Source: Candidatus Oxydemutatoraceae bacterium (GTDB lineage Bacteria; Pseudomonadota; Gammaproteobacteria; Poriferisulfidales; Oxydemutatoraceae). From it: DNA of 64,000 nucleotides. Position 1 is the first letter of the stretch, and the number at the start of each line of letters is the position of its first letter. The stretch lies in NCBI GenBank assembly GCA_965220085.1, contig CBDCOZ010000003.1, positions 128,001-192,000 of the forward strand, in the 5' to 3' direction. A program made the position numbers and the translations under genes. Of the stretch, positions 10,968-22,859 are shown piece after piece. The notes under the pieces were generated by a model, which searched no databases, was not told where the DNA came from, and saw nothing but the letters and a program-made list of their open reading frames with translations.

Positions 10968-13197
10968 CGTGTTCTCCGCGCACATTGAGTTTTGAGAAAT
11001 CGCCTATGCACATGAACAACGCGCGCACTTTGTGCAAAAGGTTGATGCGGTTGCGGCGCACCGTGTGATCGTCGTCCATGACCAGCACCTCGTCAAAGAA
11101 CGTGCCTATCGGCGCGCGCAGGCCGACCAGTTTGTCCAGAGCGTCGGCATACTTTTGTTCTTTGGCCAGTTGTGTGACCGACTCGGAGCACGCCCGCAGG
11201 GACTCGTACAATGCCCGCTCGGCTTCGTCTTTCAATATATGCTCCTCTATCTCGCCGCTGTCGGCTTCGGCGGCGTTCTTTTTCAAAATATTGCCGATGC
11301 GCTTGTTGGCGGCGATGAGCGTTCCCATCTGCGGCATCCGCCCGAAGCGACAGATTGCCGCCAGCCGCCCGTTGAGGTCAAGCAAGCGCTCGGGGCGGAT
11401 CGCCATCGCCGCTTCTATCTGATCCGGCGATGGCGCGTGTGCGGTATCCGCGGTCGGGTAGCAGCCGCGTATCCGTTCAAGCAGATAGGTCTTTGCGGCG
11501 TTGATATTTTCCGGTTCAAACCGCCTTTTCAGTTGCTTTTCATAGGCCGCGATCGCGCTGTCGATCAGGGCGAACAGATTGAATTCGGGTTGCGCCGCGC
11601 CCGCTTTTTCTAGCCGCGCACCGAGCGCCAGAATCAGCCGTATCACGCCGATGCCAGCGCGGCGCAGGGCGAAAGGGTCTTTGCTGCCGCTCGGACGGAT
11701 GCCGACGGCGAAGATGCCGGCCAGCGTATCCGCCCTGTCGGCGATGGCGAGGATGCTTCCTTCCGTACTCTGCGGCAGACCGGCGCCGGCCTGACGCGGC
11801 ATATAGTGTTCGGCGATGATATTGCCCGCCGCCGCATCGCCCTGTTGGCGCGCGCAGTAGGCCCCGATAGCGCCCTCCAGCGCCGGGTACTCGCGGACGG
11901 TGTCGGTCATCAGATCGGCTTTGCACAGCCGTGCCGCCCGCGCGAGGGCATCGGTGTCAAGTGTGATATCGTCGCCAGCGCTTTGCAACACCCGCGCGAT
12001 GGCGGCGGCGACCTCGCCAAGCCGCTCGGACTTGTCGGCGAGCGTGCCGAGCTCTCTGTGAAATATCACCTTTGCAAGTTGTGGCAGGAAGCTGTCAAGA
12101 CCGGCTTCGGTATCTTTACGCAGAAAGAAGGCGGCATCGTTTAAGCGCGGGTGTGCGACTCTTTCAAAACCTTTTTGCATGTTTCCATCCGCATCACCTT
12201 CGACATTGCTGATGATTAGAAACCGATTGGATAGCTTTGCATTCCGGTCCAGCCCCAGAAAAAACTTCTGATTTTTTATCAGGGCCTGGATGATGACAGG
12301 CCGCGGCAATGAATCGCAAAATGTTTTGTCAAACGACCCGCATACCGGGTATGGCCACTCAACCATCGCCGCATTTTCTGCCGCCAGCGCGTCTATTGCG
12401 TCGCCGTGGTTTTCATCGCCGCCGTAAAAATTCTTCAGTTGTCGCAGAAAGTCTGCCTGCGCGTCATCGGCACCGTCCGCTGCGGGGAAGGTATCGTCGT
12501 ACATCTTTCTAATCATCGTCTGGCGTTTCTCTTGCGCCACGATGACTTTGCCTTCGGTCTCCAGCGTCTGCTCGTATGCTTCGGCGCTTTTGATTGCGAT
12601 GCTGCCGGGGTGATAGAAGCGGTGACCGTAACTGACCCCTGCCGAGCGGATTCCCATCACATCTATTTCCAACGGTGTGTCCGCGTGAACGGCGAGTATC
12701 CAGTGAATCGGGCGGATGAATGTGTGGGGTTTGTCGCCCCAGCGCATCCGCTCAGATAGCGGTGCGGCGGCGAGCGCCTGCTCAATATATTGACCGAGCT
12801 GCTCGTGTAACTGCAAGCCCGGCGCTGTGTGTTGGTGGCAAAGCCGCCCGTCTTTTTGTTCCAACTCGGACAGTTCCGCGCCGCACGATTTGGCAAAGCC
12901 CAGAGCGGCGGCGGTCGGTTTGCCGCTGTCGTCGTACGCCGCCGTCAGCGCCGGGCCCTTGCGCTCGACGGCGCGCGGCGGCAAGCGCTCGGCGATAGCG
13001 CAGAGTCTGACCGCCAGCCGTCTCGGTGTCGCGAACCATCGGGTCGTGTCATCGGCGGCCTGTTTGAACCCATCGGCAATGAGCATGTCTTGCAAGCGCC
13101 GCGCAAAGTCGGCGCCGAGCGCCGCGACGACCCGCGCCGGCAGTTCCTCAACGCCGACTTCCGCCAGCAGGGATTTGTTCGCTTGGGTGTCGCTCAT
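10948..13197 (-). CDS. glyS: Glycine-tRNA ligase beta subunit
   Basis: [35 protein letters not shown]. Confidence 0.95.
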   Translation of the reverse strand: MSDTQANKSLLAEVGVEELPARVVAALGADFARRLQDMLIADGFKQAADDTTRWFATPRRLAVRLCAIAERLPPRAVERKGPALTAAYDDSGKPTAAALGFAKSCGAELSELEQKDGRLCHQHTAPGLQLHEQLGQYIEQALAAAPLSERMRWGDKPHTFIRPIHWILAVHADTPLEIDVMGIRSAGVSYGHRFYHPGSIAIKSAEAYEQTLETEGKVIVAQEKRQTMIRKMYDDTFPAADGADDAQADFLRQLKNFYGGDENHGDAIDALAAENAAMVEWPYPVCGSFDKTFCDSLPRPVIIQALIKNQKFFLGLDRNAKLSNRFLIISNVEGDADGNMQKGFERVAHPRLNDAAFFLRKDTEAGLDSFLPQLAKVIFHRELGTLADKSERLGEVAAAIARVLQSAGDDITLDTDALARAARLCKADLMTDTVREYPALEGAIGAYCARQQGDAAAGNIIAEHYMPRQAGAGLPQSTEGSILAIADRADTLAGIFAVGIRPSGSKDPFALRRAGIGVIRLILALGARLEKAGAAQPEFNLFALIDSAIAAYEKQLKRRFEPENINAAKTYLLERIRGCYPTADTAHAPSPDQIEAAMAIRPERLLDLNGRLAAICRFGRMPQMGTLIAANKRIGNILKKNAAEADSGEIEEHILKDEAERALYESLRACSESVTQLAKEQKYADALDKLVGLRAPIGTFFDEVLVMDDDHTVRRNRINLLHKVRALFMCIGDFSKLNVRGEHDETGAA

Positions 13198-14087
13198 TTT
13201 TGTCTCTCGCGCAACAACGGAAAGCCCATCGCTTCGCGTGTTTCGTAAAACAGTTGCGCGGCTTTGCGCGCCATCTTTCTGATTCGGAGGATGTAACGCT
13301 GCCGTTCGGTTACCGACAGCGCGTGGCGCGAGTCCAGCAGGTTAAAGCAGTGCGATGCGATGGTGACTTGCTCGTAAGCCGGCAGGGGAAGGCTCTGTTC
13401 GATCAACACCGCGCACGACTTCTCGCTGTCCGCAAAATGTTGTGTCAATGCCGCAATGTCGGCAAAGTCAAAATTGTAGGCCGATTGCTCGGCCTCGTTC
13501 TGGCGGAACACATCGCGATACGTCAGCGCGGTGTCGCCCGCTTGCGTCCACACCAGCGCAAAGATGTCGTCGCACTGTTGCAGATGCATGGCGATTCTCT
13601 CCAGCCCGTAGCTTATTTCCGCCGTGACCGGTTTGCATTCCAGACCGCCGCATTGTTGAAAGTAAGTAAACTGGCTGACCTCCATGCCGTTGAGCCACAC
13701 TTCCCAGCCGAGTCCCGCCGCCCCCAGCGTCGGCGACTCCCAGTTGTCTTCCACGAAGCGGATGTCGTTCGCGCGCAAATCTATGCCGAGCGCTTCCAGC
13801 GATGCGAGATACAACCGCTGCACATCGTCCGGCGACGGCTTTAAGACGGTTTGGAACTGATAATAATGTTGCAGGCGATTCGGGTTCTCGGCAAAGCGGC
13901 CGTCGCTCGGTCGGCGGCAACCTTGCGCATAGGCACAGCGCCACGGCTCGGGGCCGAGCGCGCGCAGAAAAGTTGCCGGATGAAATGTCGCGGCGCCGAC
14001 GGGCAGGTCGTACGGCTGTAGAATCGCGCAGGCTTGGTCTTTCCAGTAACTCTGGAGAGCCGCCAACATATCCTGAAAAGAGAGCAT
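13194..14087 (-). CDS. glyQ: Glycine-tRNA ligase alpha subunit
   Basis: [30 protein letters not shown]. Confidence 0.97.
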   Translation of the reverse strand: MLSFQDMLAALQSYWKDQACAILQPYDLPVGAATFHPATFLRALGPEPWRCAYAQGCRRPSDGRFAENPNRLQHYYQFQTVLKPSPDDVQRLYLASLEALGIDLRANDIRFVEDNWESPTLGAAGLGWEVWLNGMEVSQFTYFQQCGGLECKPVTAEISYGLERIAMHLQQCDDIFALVWTQAGDTALTYRDVFRQNEAEQSAYNFDFADIAALTQHFADSEKSCAVLIEQSLPLPAYEQVTIASHCFNLLDSRHALSVTERQRYILRIRKMARKAAQLFYETREAMGFPLLRERQK

Positions 14088-14143
14088 CGGTAAATTAAAT
14101 GTGTCCGCAGACGATAGGCAAATGATTATACATCAGTCAAAGC

Positions 14144-14487
14144 GCGCCGCCGCGCCGGAGCGGCCTATCGTCATGGCCGCGACTCGGTTTTCATCAACTC
14201 GGCGGCGGTTTGCAGAAAGTCTTGGCGGTCTGTGCCTGTGACGGCGATGCGCGCCGCATCGGGGTAGCGGCTGAAGTGCGCTTTCATCGAGCGCAAGCAG
14301 AAAGGGTCGTAGTGCGCCGCCGCGCCGGAGCGGCCTATCGTCATGGCCGCGACTCGGTTTTCATCAACTCGGCGGCGGTTTGCAGAAAGTCTTGGCGGTC
14401 TGTGCCTGTGACGGCGATGCGCGCCGCATCGGGGTAGCGGTCGAAGTGCGCTTTCATCGAGCGCGAGTAGAAAGGGTCGTAGTGCGC
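14144..14487. repeat. 170-bp duplication of the selU 3' end
   Basis: ...AAELMKTESRP* encoded twice (stops at 14341 and 14171) with a few substitutions. Confidence 0.9.
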
Positions 14488-15402
14488 GGTGATCAATTCT
14501 TTGACGACATGCTCCGTCTTGCCCTGACGCAAGGATGCGCACCAGCGGCCGATTCTCTCCTTGCCCAGATACGGTTTCAGACGCGCCAATGCGGTTTCAA
14601 ACCGCTCCGGCTCGGCGATGAAGTGTTCGTATTCGGCCATCAGAAATGCGACCCGCTGTTCGGTTGTCGCCTCAATGTCAATGCATTCCGCCCGCCGGAT
14701 CGCTTCTATCAGAGGGGCCGGCACCTGTACCCGACCGATCTTGCGGCTTTCCGCCTCAACATAGGTCGGCACATCCGCTCGCAAGCGACGCATGTCGGCG
14801 CAGACCAGACTTTCAAACCGCTTTTGTGACGGTTGCGTACCCGCCAGCGGCTCGCCGAGCACCGAGCCGCGATGGTTGGCGAGCTTTTCCAGATCAAGCG
14901 CTTGCGCGCCGGATGCCCGCAAGGCTTCAAGCAAGCGGCTTTTGCCGACACCGGTGCGACCGCAGAGCGCCCGAAATTGCAACTGTGACGAAAGGGTTTT
15001 GAGCGCGGCGACGACCGCGCGGCGATAAGACTTGTATCCCCCGGGCAGTTGCTCGGCCCGCCAGCCGACGCTGTTTAGAACATGCGTCATCGCGTGACTG
15101 CGCGAGCCGCCGCGCCAGCAGTACACCAGCGGCTTCCAGTCGTCTTCGCAGTCGGCAAAGTCGCGTTTGATGTGGCCGGCGATATGCGCCGCGACCAGAC
15201 CGGCTCCCTGTTTGCGCGCCTCAAACGGCGAGACTTGCTTATACAGATAGCCGATGCGGGCGCGTTCGTCGTCGTCCAGCACCGGATAATTGACCGCGCC
15301 CGGGATGTGGTCGTGCGCGTATTCCTGCGGCGAGCGCACGTCCAGAATCTCATCAAAGCGGTCGATTTGTGATAATGTCCAATTGTTCTGAGGTGATGAC
15401 AT
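14341..15402 (-). CDS. selU: tRNA 2-selenouridine synthase
   Basis: Rhodanese DVRSP.EY..DHIPGA, YCWRGG.RS, GRTGVGKS, HRGSVLG; next to selD. Confidence 0.92.
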   Translation of the reverse strand: MSSPQNNWTLSQIDRFDEILDVRSPQEYAHDHIPGAVNYPVLDDDERARIGYLYKQVSPFEARKQGAGLVAAHIAGHIKRDFADCEDDWKPLVYCWRGGSRSHAMTHVLNSVGWRAEQLPGGYKSYRRAVVAALKTLSSQLQFRALCGRTGVGKSRLLEALRASGAQALDLEKLANHRGSVLGEPLAGTQPSQKRFESLVCADMRRLRADVPTYVEAESRKIGRVQVPAPLIEAIRRAECIDIEATTEQRVAFLMAEYEHFIAEPERFETALARLKPYLGKERIGRWCASLRQGKTEHVVKELITAHYDPFYSRSMKAHFDRYPDAARIAVTGTDRQDFLQTAAELMKTESRP

Positions 15403-16447
15403 GGGCATAGACCATTCTGCAAAGTTGACTTCATTATCGCATGGCGGCGGATGCGGGTGCAAAATTGCGCCGCCGGCGCTCGCGCGCCTGCTGGCAAAAA
15501 TTCCGCCGCCACGGTGCGCCGACCTTTTGACGGGCGCTGGCAGCAACGACGATGCGGCGGTCTATCGGCTGAGCGCCGAGCGGGCGTTGATCGCAACGAC
15601 GGATTTTTTCCCGCCGATCGTGGATGACCCGTATCAGTTCGGGCGCATCGCCGCCGCGAACGCCTTATCCGATGTTTATGCGATGGGCGGCAGCCCGGCG
15701 CTGGCTTTGAATCTTCTCGCTATGCCGTCGGACAAGTTGGACGAAGAGACGATAGCGCGGGTGTTGCGCGGCGGGCACGATGTGTGCGGCGAAGCGGGGT
15801 GTGTGATTGCGGGAGGGCACTCGCTTGACAGCGCCGAACCGTTTTACGGTCTGGCGGTCGTCGGCTTTGGCAAGCCGGAGCATATCAAGCACAACTCGGC
15901 CGCCGTTGCCGGCGATGCGCTGGTTCTTGGCAAGCCGCTGGGTATCGGTGTGCTGGCCGCCGCGTTCAAGCGGGGTTGCTTGAGCGAGGATGCGTACGAG
16001 GAAATGATTTTCTGGTCGACAAAACTCAATGCGGTCGGTTCGCGTATCGCCCAAGCGGACGGCGCACACGCGATGTGCGATGTCACCGGATTCGGCCTGC
16101 TCGGTCATCTGCTTGAGATGTGCGATGCCGCAAGTCTTGTTGCGCGCATTCGCGCGGACGATGTTCCGATGCTTGATTCCGCGCTGGCTCTGTCGCAAAA
16201 GGGCATCGCGACGGGGGCTGCGACCCGCAACCTGCAAAGCGCGCGGGCGCAAACGGATATGCCCGCCGGCAACGGCGCGCGCGCGGCTTTGCTGTGTGAT
16301 CCGCAGACGAACGGCGGCCTGTTGGTCGCTTGCGCGCCGGATGCGGTTGCGCCGATACTGGATATGTTTCATGCCGACGGGTTTGCATCCGCCGCCGCCA
16401 TCGGCGCTTTGGAGGCCGCCTTGCAACCCGCTATCGTCGTTGAATAA
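15401..16447 (+). CDS. selD: Selenide, water dikinase (Cys form)
   Basis: SHGGGCGCKI, DDAAV, TTDFF, NALSDVYAMGG, DVTGFGLLGH, DPQTNGGLL. Confidence 0.95.
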   Translation: MGIDHSAKLTSLSHGGGCGCKIAPPALARLLAKIPPPRCADLLTGAGSNDDAAVYRLSAERALIATTDFFPPIVDDPYQFGRIAAANALSDVYAMGGSPALALNLLAMPSDKLDEETIARVLRGGHDVCGEAGCVIAGGHSLDSAEPFYGLAVVGFGKPEHIKHNSAAVAGDALVLGKPLGIGVLAAAFKRGCLSEDAYEEMIFWSTKLNAVGSRIAQADGAHAMCDVTGFGLLGHLLEMCDAASLVARIRADDVPMLDSALALSQKGIATGAATRNLQSARAQTDMPAGNGARAALLCDPQTNGGLLVACAPDAVAPILDMFHADGFASAAAIGALEAALQPAIVVE

Positions 16448-16493
16448 TCTGTAATTTCCGCGCAGGCTTTGCGGACACTGTACAATATAAATT

Positions 16494-17558
16494 ATGAGTG
16501 CCACGAACACAATAAGCGTCCATCGTCCGCTGCCGATACGGGCGCCGATCACCGCCGATGTATGCGCTGCGGTGCCCGAATATCACGGTGAGAAAAAGCG
16601 CGAAAAGTCCGCCCGCATCCGCCGCCTGCTCGAACAACATGACGCCGCTTTGGTGGCGCACTATTATGTCCACGAGGACATCCAGGCGATCGCCGATGAG
16701 AGCGGCGGCTTTGTCGGCGACTCGCTTGAGATGGCGCGCTTCGGACGGCGGCATCCGGCTTCTGCTCTGGTCGTGGCGGGGGTGCGCTTCATGGGCGAGA
16801 CCGCCAAGATATTGAGTCCCGACAAACGGGTGCTGATGCCGACGCTTGAGGCGACCTGTTCGCTGGATGAGTCTTGTCCCGCCGATACGTTTTCGGCTTT
16901 TTGTGATGCGCATCCCGATCGCACGGTGGTGGTTTATGCGAACACCGGCGCGGCGGTCAAGGCCCGCGCGGACTGGGTTGTCACGTCGAGCATCGCATTG
17001 AAAGCGGTGTGCCGCCTGATGGATCAGGGCAAGAAGATACTATGGGCGCCGGACAAATATCTCGGCGAATATGTTCGCCGCGTGAGCGGCGCCGATATGC
17101 TGCTGTGGCAAGGCAGTTGTGTCGTGCACGAAGAGTTTAAGCACGCGGGTCTGGCGCAACTCAAAAAAGAGCATCCCGACGCCGCTGTGCTGGTGCATCC
17201 CGAAGCGCCGCAAGCCGTGATCGACGAAGCCGATGTCGTGGGCTCGACATCGGCGCTGATCGATGCGGTCAAGCGCTTGGACAACAAGCGCTTCATCGTG
17301 GCGACCGACAACCGCATCTTTTACAAGATGCGCCAGATCGCGCCGGACAAAATCTTGATTGAAGCGCCGACCGCCGGCGAGGGGGCGACTTGCAACAGTT
17401 GCGCGCATTGTCCGTGGATGGCTATGAACGGCTTGGACAATCTGGAGCGGGCGTTGCTTTGCGGCGACGGCGAGGTGCGGATAGACGAAGACATTCGGCG
17501 CAAGGCCTTTGCGGCGACGATGAAAATGCTTGAGTTCGCACAGGCGCCGGCCGCATAA
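16494..17558 (+). CDS. nadA: Quinolinate synthase
   Basis: [46 protein letters not shown]. Confidence 0.95.
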   Translation: MSATNTISVHRPLPIRAPITADVCAAVPEYHGEKKREKSARIRRLLEQHDAALVAHYYVHEDIQAIADESGGFVGDSLEMARFGRRHPASALVVAGVRFMGETAKILSPDKRVLMPTLEATCSLDESCPADTFSAFCDAHPDRTVVVYANTGAAVKARADWVVTSSIALKAVCRLMDQGKKILWAPDKYLGEYVRRVSGADMLLWQGSCVVHEEFKHAGLAQLKKEHPDAAVLVHPEAPQAVIDEADVVGSTSALIDAVKRLDNKRFIVATDNRIFYKMRQIAPDKILIEAPTAGEGATCNSCAHCPWMAMNGLDNLERALLCGDGEVRIDEDIRRKAFAATMKMLEFAQAPAA

Positions 17559-17585
17559 GGGGCGCAAGGGTTATAATCGGTCGCT

Positions 17586-17831
17586 ATGAAACCGCTTTTT
17601 GATTCGGAGAGATTGGACGGGATGGCGCGCGAAGTATTCCGCAACATGCCGCCCGCCCTTGGCGAATTGCGCGAGGAGTGCGAACGCAACTTCCGCGCGA
17701 GCATGGAATCTTTTCTGCAACGGATGAACCTTGTCAGCCGCGAGGAGTATGACATACAGACTGCGGTGCTGGAAAAGTTGCGCCGGCGCGTAGCCGAACT
17801 CGAGCAACGTCTGGATCAGGAAAACGATTAG
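17586..17831 (+). CDS. ubiK: UbiK/YqiC (BMFP) coiled-coil protein
   Basis: MNLVSREEYDIQTAVL...VAELE motif; 81 aa. Confidence 0.85.
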   Translation: MKPLFDSERLDGMAREVFRNMPPALGELREECERNFRASMESFLQRMNLVSREEYDIQTAVLEKLRRRVAELEQRLDQEND

Positions 17832-17858
17832 GCGCTCGGGCCGGCCGACGGTTTCATG

Positions 17859-18051
17859 ATATGCGGGCAGAATATTAAAAAAAGCCCGCAGGATTTGTCC
17901 GCGAGAGGCGCGGTTGAGAGGGTATGGCACCTGCGGGCAAAGCCATTCTTTGATATATGCGGGCAGCATGTTAAAAAAAAGCCCGCAGGATTTGTCCGCG
18001 AGAGGCGCGGTTGAGAGGATATGGCACCTGCGGGCAAAGCCATTCTTTGAT
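17859..18051. repeat. Tandem direct repeat, about 96-bp period, 2 copies
   Basis: atatgcgggcag...gcaaagccattctttgat at 17859 and 17955, between convergent ubiK and catalase. Confidence 0.9.
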
Positions 18052-18089
18052 TCGCTCCGCGCCTCCCCGTCTGCGGAGCGAATATGTCA

Positions 18090-19523
18090 TCACCTCAACG
18101 CACCGGAAACTCCTTTGGCGTATTCGGGATCCGCTTTTTCAAAGTGATCCAACTGGCGGTCGATAATCTCGTCGGGCGCTTCGGCCATAGAACGGGCGAT
18201 GTTGTCAAACAACCGCGCTTGCTGTTCCGAGTTCATGAGCCGGAACAGCGCCCCGGCCTGGCTGTAATCGTCGTTGCCGTCGCGATGGTCGTAGCGGTCG
18301 GCATCGCCGTCGAGTTCCAGCGGCGGCTCGCGCAAGGAGCTGTCTTGCGTCGGCCCGCCAAAACTGTTGGGCTCATAGTTGACCTCCCCGCCTCCGTTGC
18401 CGTCAAAGCGCATCGCGCCGTCGCGATGGTAGACACAGGCTTTTGCCTGCGGTCGGTTGACCGGAAGCGCGTCATAATTGACTCCCAAGCGGTAGCGGTG
18501 GGCATCGGCATAGGAGACGATGCGAAACTGGAGCATCTTGTCCGGGCTGTGTCCCACTCCGGGGATGACATTGGCCGGCGAGAAACCGGCTTGTTCGACA
18601 TCGGCGAAGTAGTTATCGGGGTTGCAGTTCAACTCCAAGGTGCCTGCGTCGATGCACGGGTATTCCGCGTGCGGCCAGACCTTCGTCAAATCAAACGGGT
18701 TGTAGGAAACGCTCCGGGCGGCGGCTTCGGGCATGATCTGAACTTGAAATCTCCATCTCGGAAAATTGCCCCTATCAATATTCTTATAGAGGTCGCGCTG
18801 ATGGCTTTCGCGGTCGGCGCCGACTATCTGGGCGGCTTCCCCATCGGTGTAAAATTCATGGCCTTGCTCGGTCTTGAAGTGGAATTTGCACCAGAAGCGC
18901 TCGCCGTCCTCGTTGTAGAACGAGAAGGTGTGCGAGCCATAGCCGTTGATATGGCGATAGGAGCGCGGCAAGCCGCGATCCGACATCAGGATGGTGACTT
19001 GATGCAGCGATTCGGGCGAGAGCGACCAGAAGTCCCACATGGCGACGGGGTTGCGCAAGTTTGTTCTGGGGTCGCGCTTTTGGGTGCGGATGAAGTCCGG
19101 GAATTTGTAAGGGTCGCGGACAAAGAAAACCGGCGTGTTGTTGCCGACGATATCCCAGTTGCCTTCCGCGGTGTAAACCTTGAGGGCGAAGCCGCGCACA
19201 TCCCGCTCGGCATCGGCCGCCCCGCGCTCGCCGGCCACGGTGGAGAAGCGCAAGAAGCAGGGCGCTTCGCCGGGCGCGGAAAGAAATTTGGAACGGGTGT
19301 ACTTCGCCAAGACGTCGCTCTCAATCTGTAACGTGCCGTAAGCCGCCGATCCTTTGGCGTGTACCACGCGCTCGGGAATTCGTTCGCGGTTGAAGTGAGC
19401 GTGCTTTTCAAAGAGTTGCCAGTCTTGTGCCAACAGCGGGCCGCGCGCGCCGGCGGTGATGCTGTTTTGATTGTCTGCGACCGGAATGCCGGCTGAGGTG
19501 GTTAGTGTTCTCTTGTCGCTCAT
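18090..19523 (-). CDS. katA: Monofunctional heme catalase (small subunit)
   Basis: [31 protein letters not shown], proximal [11 protein letters not shown]. Confidence 0.93.
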   Translation of the reverse strand: MSDKRTLTTSAGIPVADNQNSITAGARGPLLAQDWQLFEKHAHFNRERIPERVVHAKGSAAYGTLQIESDVLAKYTRSKFLSAPGEAPCFLRFSTVAGERGAADAERDVRGFALKVYTAEGNWDIVGNNTPVFFVRDPYKFPDFIRTQKRDPRTNLRNPVAMWDFWSLSPESLHQVTILMSDRGLPRSYRHINGYGSHTFSFYNEDGERFWCKFHFKTEQGHEFYTDGEAAQIVGADRESHQRDLYKNIDRGNFPRWRFQVQIMPEAAARSVSYNPFDLTKVWPHAEYPCIDAGTLELNCNPDNYFADVEQAGFSPANVIPGVGHSPDKMLQFRIVSYADAHRYRLGVNYDALPVNRPQAKACVYHRDGAMRFDGNGGGEVNYEPNSFGGPTQDSSLREPPLELDGDADRYDHRDGNDDYSQAGALFRLMNSEQQARLFDNIARSMAEAPDEIIDRQLDHFEKADPEYAKGVSGALR

Positions 19524-19761
19524 AATATCTGCCTCTCAGTTGAGTAATAAATAGCGCCCGTTTTCGGGTACGGGAAGCATTATTATTTATTCCGCTTATG
19601 ATGTAAATCATATATTTCATATGTTAGCCATAAATAAATCTTATGTGGCGCGTTGAGCAAGGCGGCATATGGCGTTTGTCGGCTCGTTTGCTACGGCTGT
19701 CAGATTGCCGCTCCCGTTGTTGCAAAAGGCCGTGAGAATGGCGCGCGGGAGATGATGTTTG

Positions 19762-21276
19762 ATGCAACAAGTAGCGCTCATTTATAGCAGGGTCTGCAGA
19801 GGACTGGAAGCGATTGAGGTCGCCGTCGAGGCGTATATCGGCTCCGGCTTGCCGTGTATGCACATTGTCGGCTTGCCCGAAACAGCGGTGCGGGAGAGCA
19901 AGCATCGGGTGCGCGCGGTGCTGTCGCAAAACGGATTTGAGTTTCCGTATCACCGCGTGGTCGTCAATCTGGCCCCGGCGGATGTGCCGAAGGAAGGCGG
20001 GCGGTTTGATTTGCCGGTCGCGCTCGGCATTCTGGTCGCCAGCGGTCAGCTGCCGCCGCAGGCGGTTGAGAATTGCGAGTTCATCGGCGAGTTGAGTTTG
20101 AGCGGCTCGCTGTTGCCGGTCAAGGGCGTCATCCCCTCCATCCTCGCCGCCGAGCGCGCCGGACGCAACATCCTGATACCGGCGCAGAATGTTCCCGAGG
20201 CGCGGCTGATCGGCAAGCCCAATATATTCAGCGCCGATCATATTCTTGAAGTGTGCGGCTGGTTGCTCGGTCGGGAGGAAGCGCAAAAGGTCGCGCCGCT
20301 TGCAAGCAAGGCGGAGTTCGCTTATGCGGTCGATATGCGCGATGTGCGCGGGCAGCATCACGCGGTGCGGGCGATGGAAGTGTGCGCGGCGGGGCGACAC
20401 CACTGCCTGATGATGGGCGCGCCCGGCAGCGGCAAGACCATGTTGGCCAGTCGGGTGCCGACTATCCTCCCGCCGATGAGCGAGGACGAGGCCCTGACGA
20501 CTGCGGCGATTATGTCTCTCACCCATGACAAGATCAGGACGGAGGATTTCTACAAGCGGCCTTTTCGTTCGCCGCACCACACGGCATCGGCGGCGGCGCT
20601 GGTCGGCGGCGGCAGCAACCCGCAGCCCGGAGAAATATCAAAAGCGCATAACGGCATTTTGTTTTTGGATGAGTTGCCGGAGTTCGGACGCGCGGTACTC
20701 GACGCTTTGCGCGAACCGTTTGAGACCGGCGTGATATATCTCTCGCGCGCGGCGTGCAGCGTGGAATATCCCGCCCGCTTCCAATTGATCGCGGCGATGA
20801 ACCCGTGTCCCGACGGCTTGGATGTGGATGAGTACGGCAACTGCCCGTGTGATGAGAGACGCTTGAGCAATTATTACGCGCGTTTGTCGGCGCCGATGCT
20901 CGATCGTTTTGACCTGCACATTCGCGTGCCGCGCATCAAGTGGGGAGAGGACGAGCACAGCCAGCGCCCGTGCGAACCGAGCGCGGCGATTGCGGCCAGA
21001 GTCATCCCCGCCTGGCAAAGACAGCTGAAACGTCAGGGCAAGCCCAATGCGGTGTTGACAGTTTCTGAGATCGAAGAAGCGTGCAAATTGTCGGCGCAGA
21101 ACACGGCGATTCTGTATCGCGCGGTTGAGCGCATGAACCTGTCGACGCGCGCGATGCACAAGATACTCAAAGTTGCGCGTACGATTGCCGACCTTGCCGG
21201 CGCCGAAGAGATCTCCAAAGCGCATCTGCTTGAAGCAATCGGTTATCGTTGCATGGATAAGTTGCGCGCGCGTTAG
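19762..21276 (+). CDS. comM: YifB/ComM Mg-chelatase-like AAA ATPase
   Basis: IVGLPETAVRES, NLAPAD.PKEG..FDL, GAPGSGKT, PHHTAS, LFLDELPEF, AAMNPCP. Confidence 0.92.
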   Translation: MQQVALIYSRVCRGLEAIEVAVEAYIGSGLPCMHIVGLPETAVRESKHRVRAVLSQNGFEFPYHRVVVNLAPADVPKEGGRFDLPVALGILVASGQLPPQAVENCEFIGELSLSGSLLPVKGVIPSILAAERAGRNILIPAQNVPEARLIGKPNIFSADHILEVCGWLLGREEAQKVAPLASKAEFAYAVDMRDVRGQHHAVRAMEVCAAGRHHCLMMGAPGSGKTMLASRVPTILPPMSEDEALTTAAIMSLTHDKIRTEDFYKRPFRSPHHTASAAALVGGGSNPQPGEISKAHNGILFLDELPEFGRAVLDALREPFETGVIYLSRAACSVEYPARFQLIAAMNPCPDGLDVDEYGNCPCDERRLSNYYARLSAPMLDRFDLHIRVPRIKWGEDEHSQRPCEPSAAIAARVIPAWQRQLKRQGKPNAVLTVSEIEEACKLSAQNTAILYRAVERMNLSTRAMHKILKVARTIADLAGAEEISKAHLLEAIGYRCMDKLRAR

Positions 21277-21347
21277 CGGGCAAACGCATGACCCGCGCTC
21301 CCCTCTCGCGGGAGAGCGGTGACAGCGCTCGCGCTCGCTACACTCCT

Positions 21348-21419
21348 CGCATCGCCTGTCGGCTCGGACTCCGCACATCTAACTACATTCACCGCATCGC
21401 CTGCCGACTCGGACTCCGC
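21348..21419. repeat. Short direct repeat, 45-bp period
   Basis: cgcatcgcctg(t/c)cg(g/a)ctcggactccgc at 21348 and 21393. Confidence 0.75.
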
Positions 21420-21443
21420 GACTCTCTGCCGCAGGCACTCGCG

Positions 21444-22444
21444 CTATCGCAACGGGCCTTCAAGGAAGAGGCGCAGCCGCAAGCGCAGGCCCGCATTCGT
21501 CACACGGGCGCCGATGGAGCAGAGCGGCCCCTCCTGCACCGGGGTTGCGTGGCGGTCCATAAAGCGGACGCAGAAGCGCAGATATTGGCCCGCCAGGGCC
21601 TGGGTGGGCGTGAATGTGATGGCGGTCGCACTTGCTATGGCGGTGAATGTGCCATCGCTGGCGGAGGATGACTGCCATTCCCACCTCAGGGTTTCGCGGT
21701 TTATGTCGTTGGGTTCGACTATGCCGCTGGTGGTGGCGGTCAGCTGGGTGCCCACCATATAGGTGGGGTTTTCGGCGGTGATGAGCGGTTGCGTGGTGGG
21801 GTTGCCGCTGGCGGCGACCTGGGCCGGTGCCACCAGGCGGATGTTTAGTCTGACTGAGTTAATGCTGACGGTTTCGCCGCTGCCATCGTCCATTACTTTG
21901 AACCTGAAGTTGGTATACCTGAGAAGGGGATTGTCGGGGTCGGTGGGTTCCTGGCCCGGCTCCGGGTAATAGTTGAGAGTGGGTATGGTGCCCACAGTCA
22001 CCGTCTGCGGCACTGTGGATGAGGTGATGGCGGTGGCGTCCACCCGCAGGGTGCCGGCACTCGGCACACTTTCTATGATGACGGCGGTCAGACTGTCGCC
22101 ATCGGCATCGGTGAACGGAAAGTCGGCTGACTTGAAATAAAACGGGGTGTCGGCATCGGCATCGGTGCTCACAAGAACTGTGGTGCCGCCGGGATCCGGC
22201 CGGGCTTGGGCCCGGGTGACCGGGTCTGCATTGCTGTGCGGTTCGGTACTACGCGCTTGGGTCGCTACAACAACGAACAAACAGAGCAGGAGACCAGTCG
22301 TTATCCGATGGTTTCGGACGCGCGCACAGGGGGGGGGGGGGGGGGGGGGGTAGTATTAAAATCTTTTTGCTTCATGCTATATGCTTGCAAATACAATCGC
22401 TTCCTCCTGTTAGAGGGGGTAGTATTAAAAGTTCGTAGGTTCAT
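21444..22444 (-). CDS. Phase-variable tagged secreted protein (cadherin-like then Ig-like); frameshifted at 22-nt tract
   Basis: AGGAG RBS, ATG 22444, leader MNLRTFNTT...MKQKDFNTTPPP, G22 on + strand (22329-22350). A 20 or 23 nt tract fuses it to CARVRNHRITTGLLLCLFVVVATQARS and the ORF ending LRLRLRLFLEGPLR. Confidence 0.85.
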
Positions 22445-22500
22445 ATCTATTTCTCCTATGGCAGTCTGTCTCCAGAACAAATGCAATTATACGGTATATG

Positions 22501-22679
22501 TACATAAACAACACTCAGTTGTTTATGGATTGTTTAATGTACATAAACAACACTCAGTTGTTTATGGATTGTTTAATGTACATAAACAACATTTAACGAG
22601 GCACGGTAATAAGAGGCACAAACAACTTTGTTGTTTGTGGATCTTTCATGAGAGCACAAACAATTGAGTATTGTTTGTG
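22501..22679. repeat. 39-bp tandem repeat and array of CA(C/T)AAACAA palindromes
   Basis: Units start at 22501, 22540, 22579 with cataaacaac-N5-gttgtttatg; related palindromes at 22617-22639 and 22655-22679. Confidence 0.85.
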
Positions 22680-22859
22680 TTCCATAAACTGTTTGTGAAT
22701 TGTTTAGTGCTGTGTGCTCTGCCACAAAGTGCGAGTCATTTACAAAAGCTGAGTTGTGCATTGTTTCCCTCATTTAGTGTACTCTGCCACAAAGCTAAGT
22801 CATTTGCAAGTATCGGTATTTCCTTCTGTCTGGCGAATGTAATTTATAACGAGTGTCGT

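Noticed and set aside
15401-16447. Selenocysteine in SelD
   Set aside because: The active-site codon is TGC (Cys) and there is no in-frame TGA.
22501-22595. Mini-CRISPR (palindromic 39-bp period)
   Set aside because: The whole unit repeats, so there are no variable spacers.
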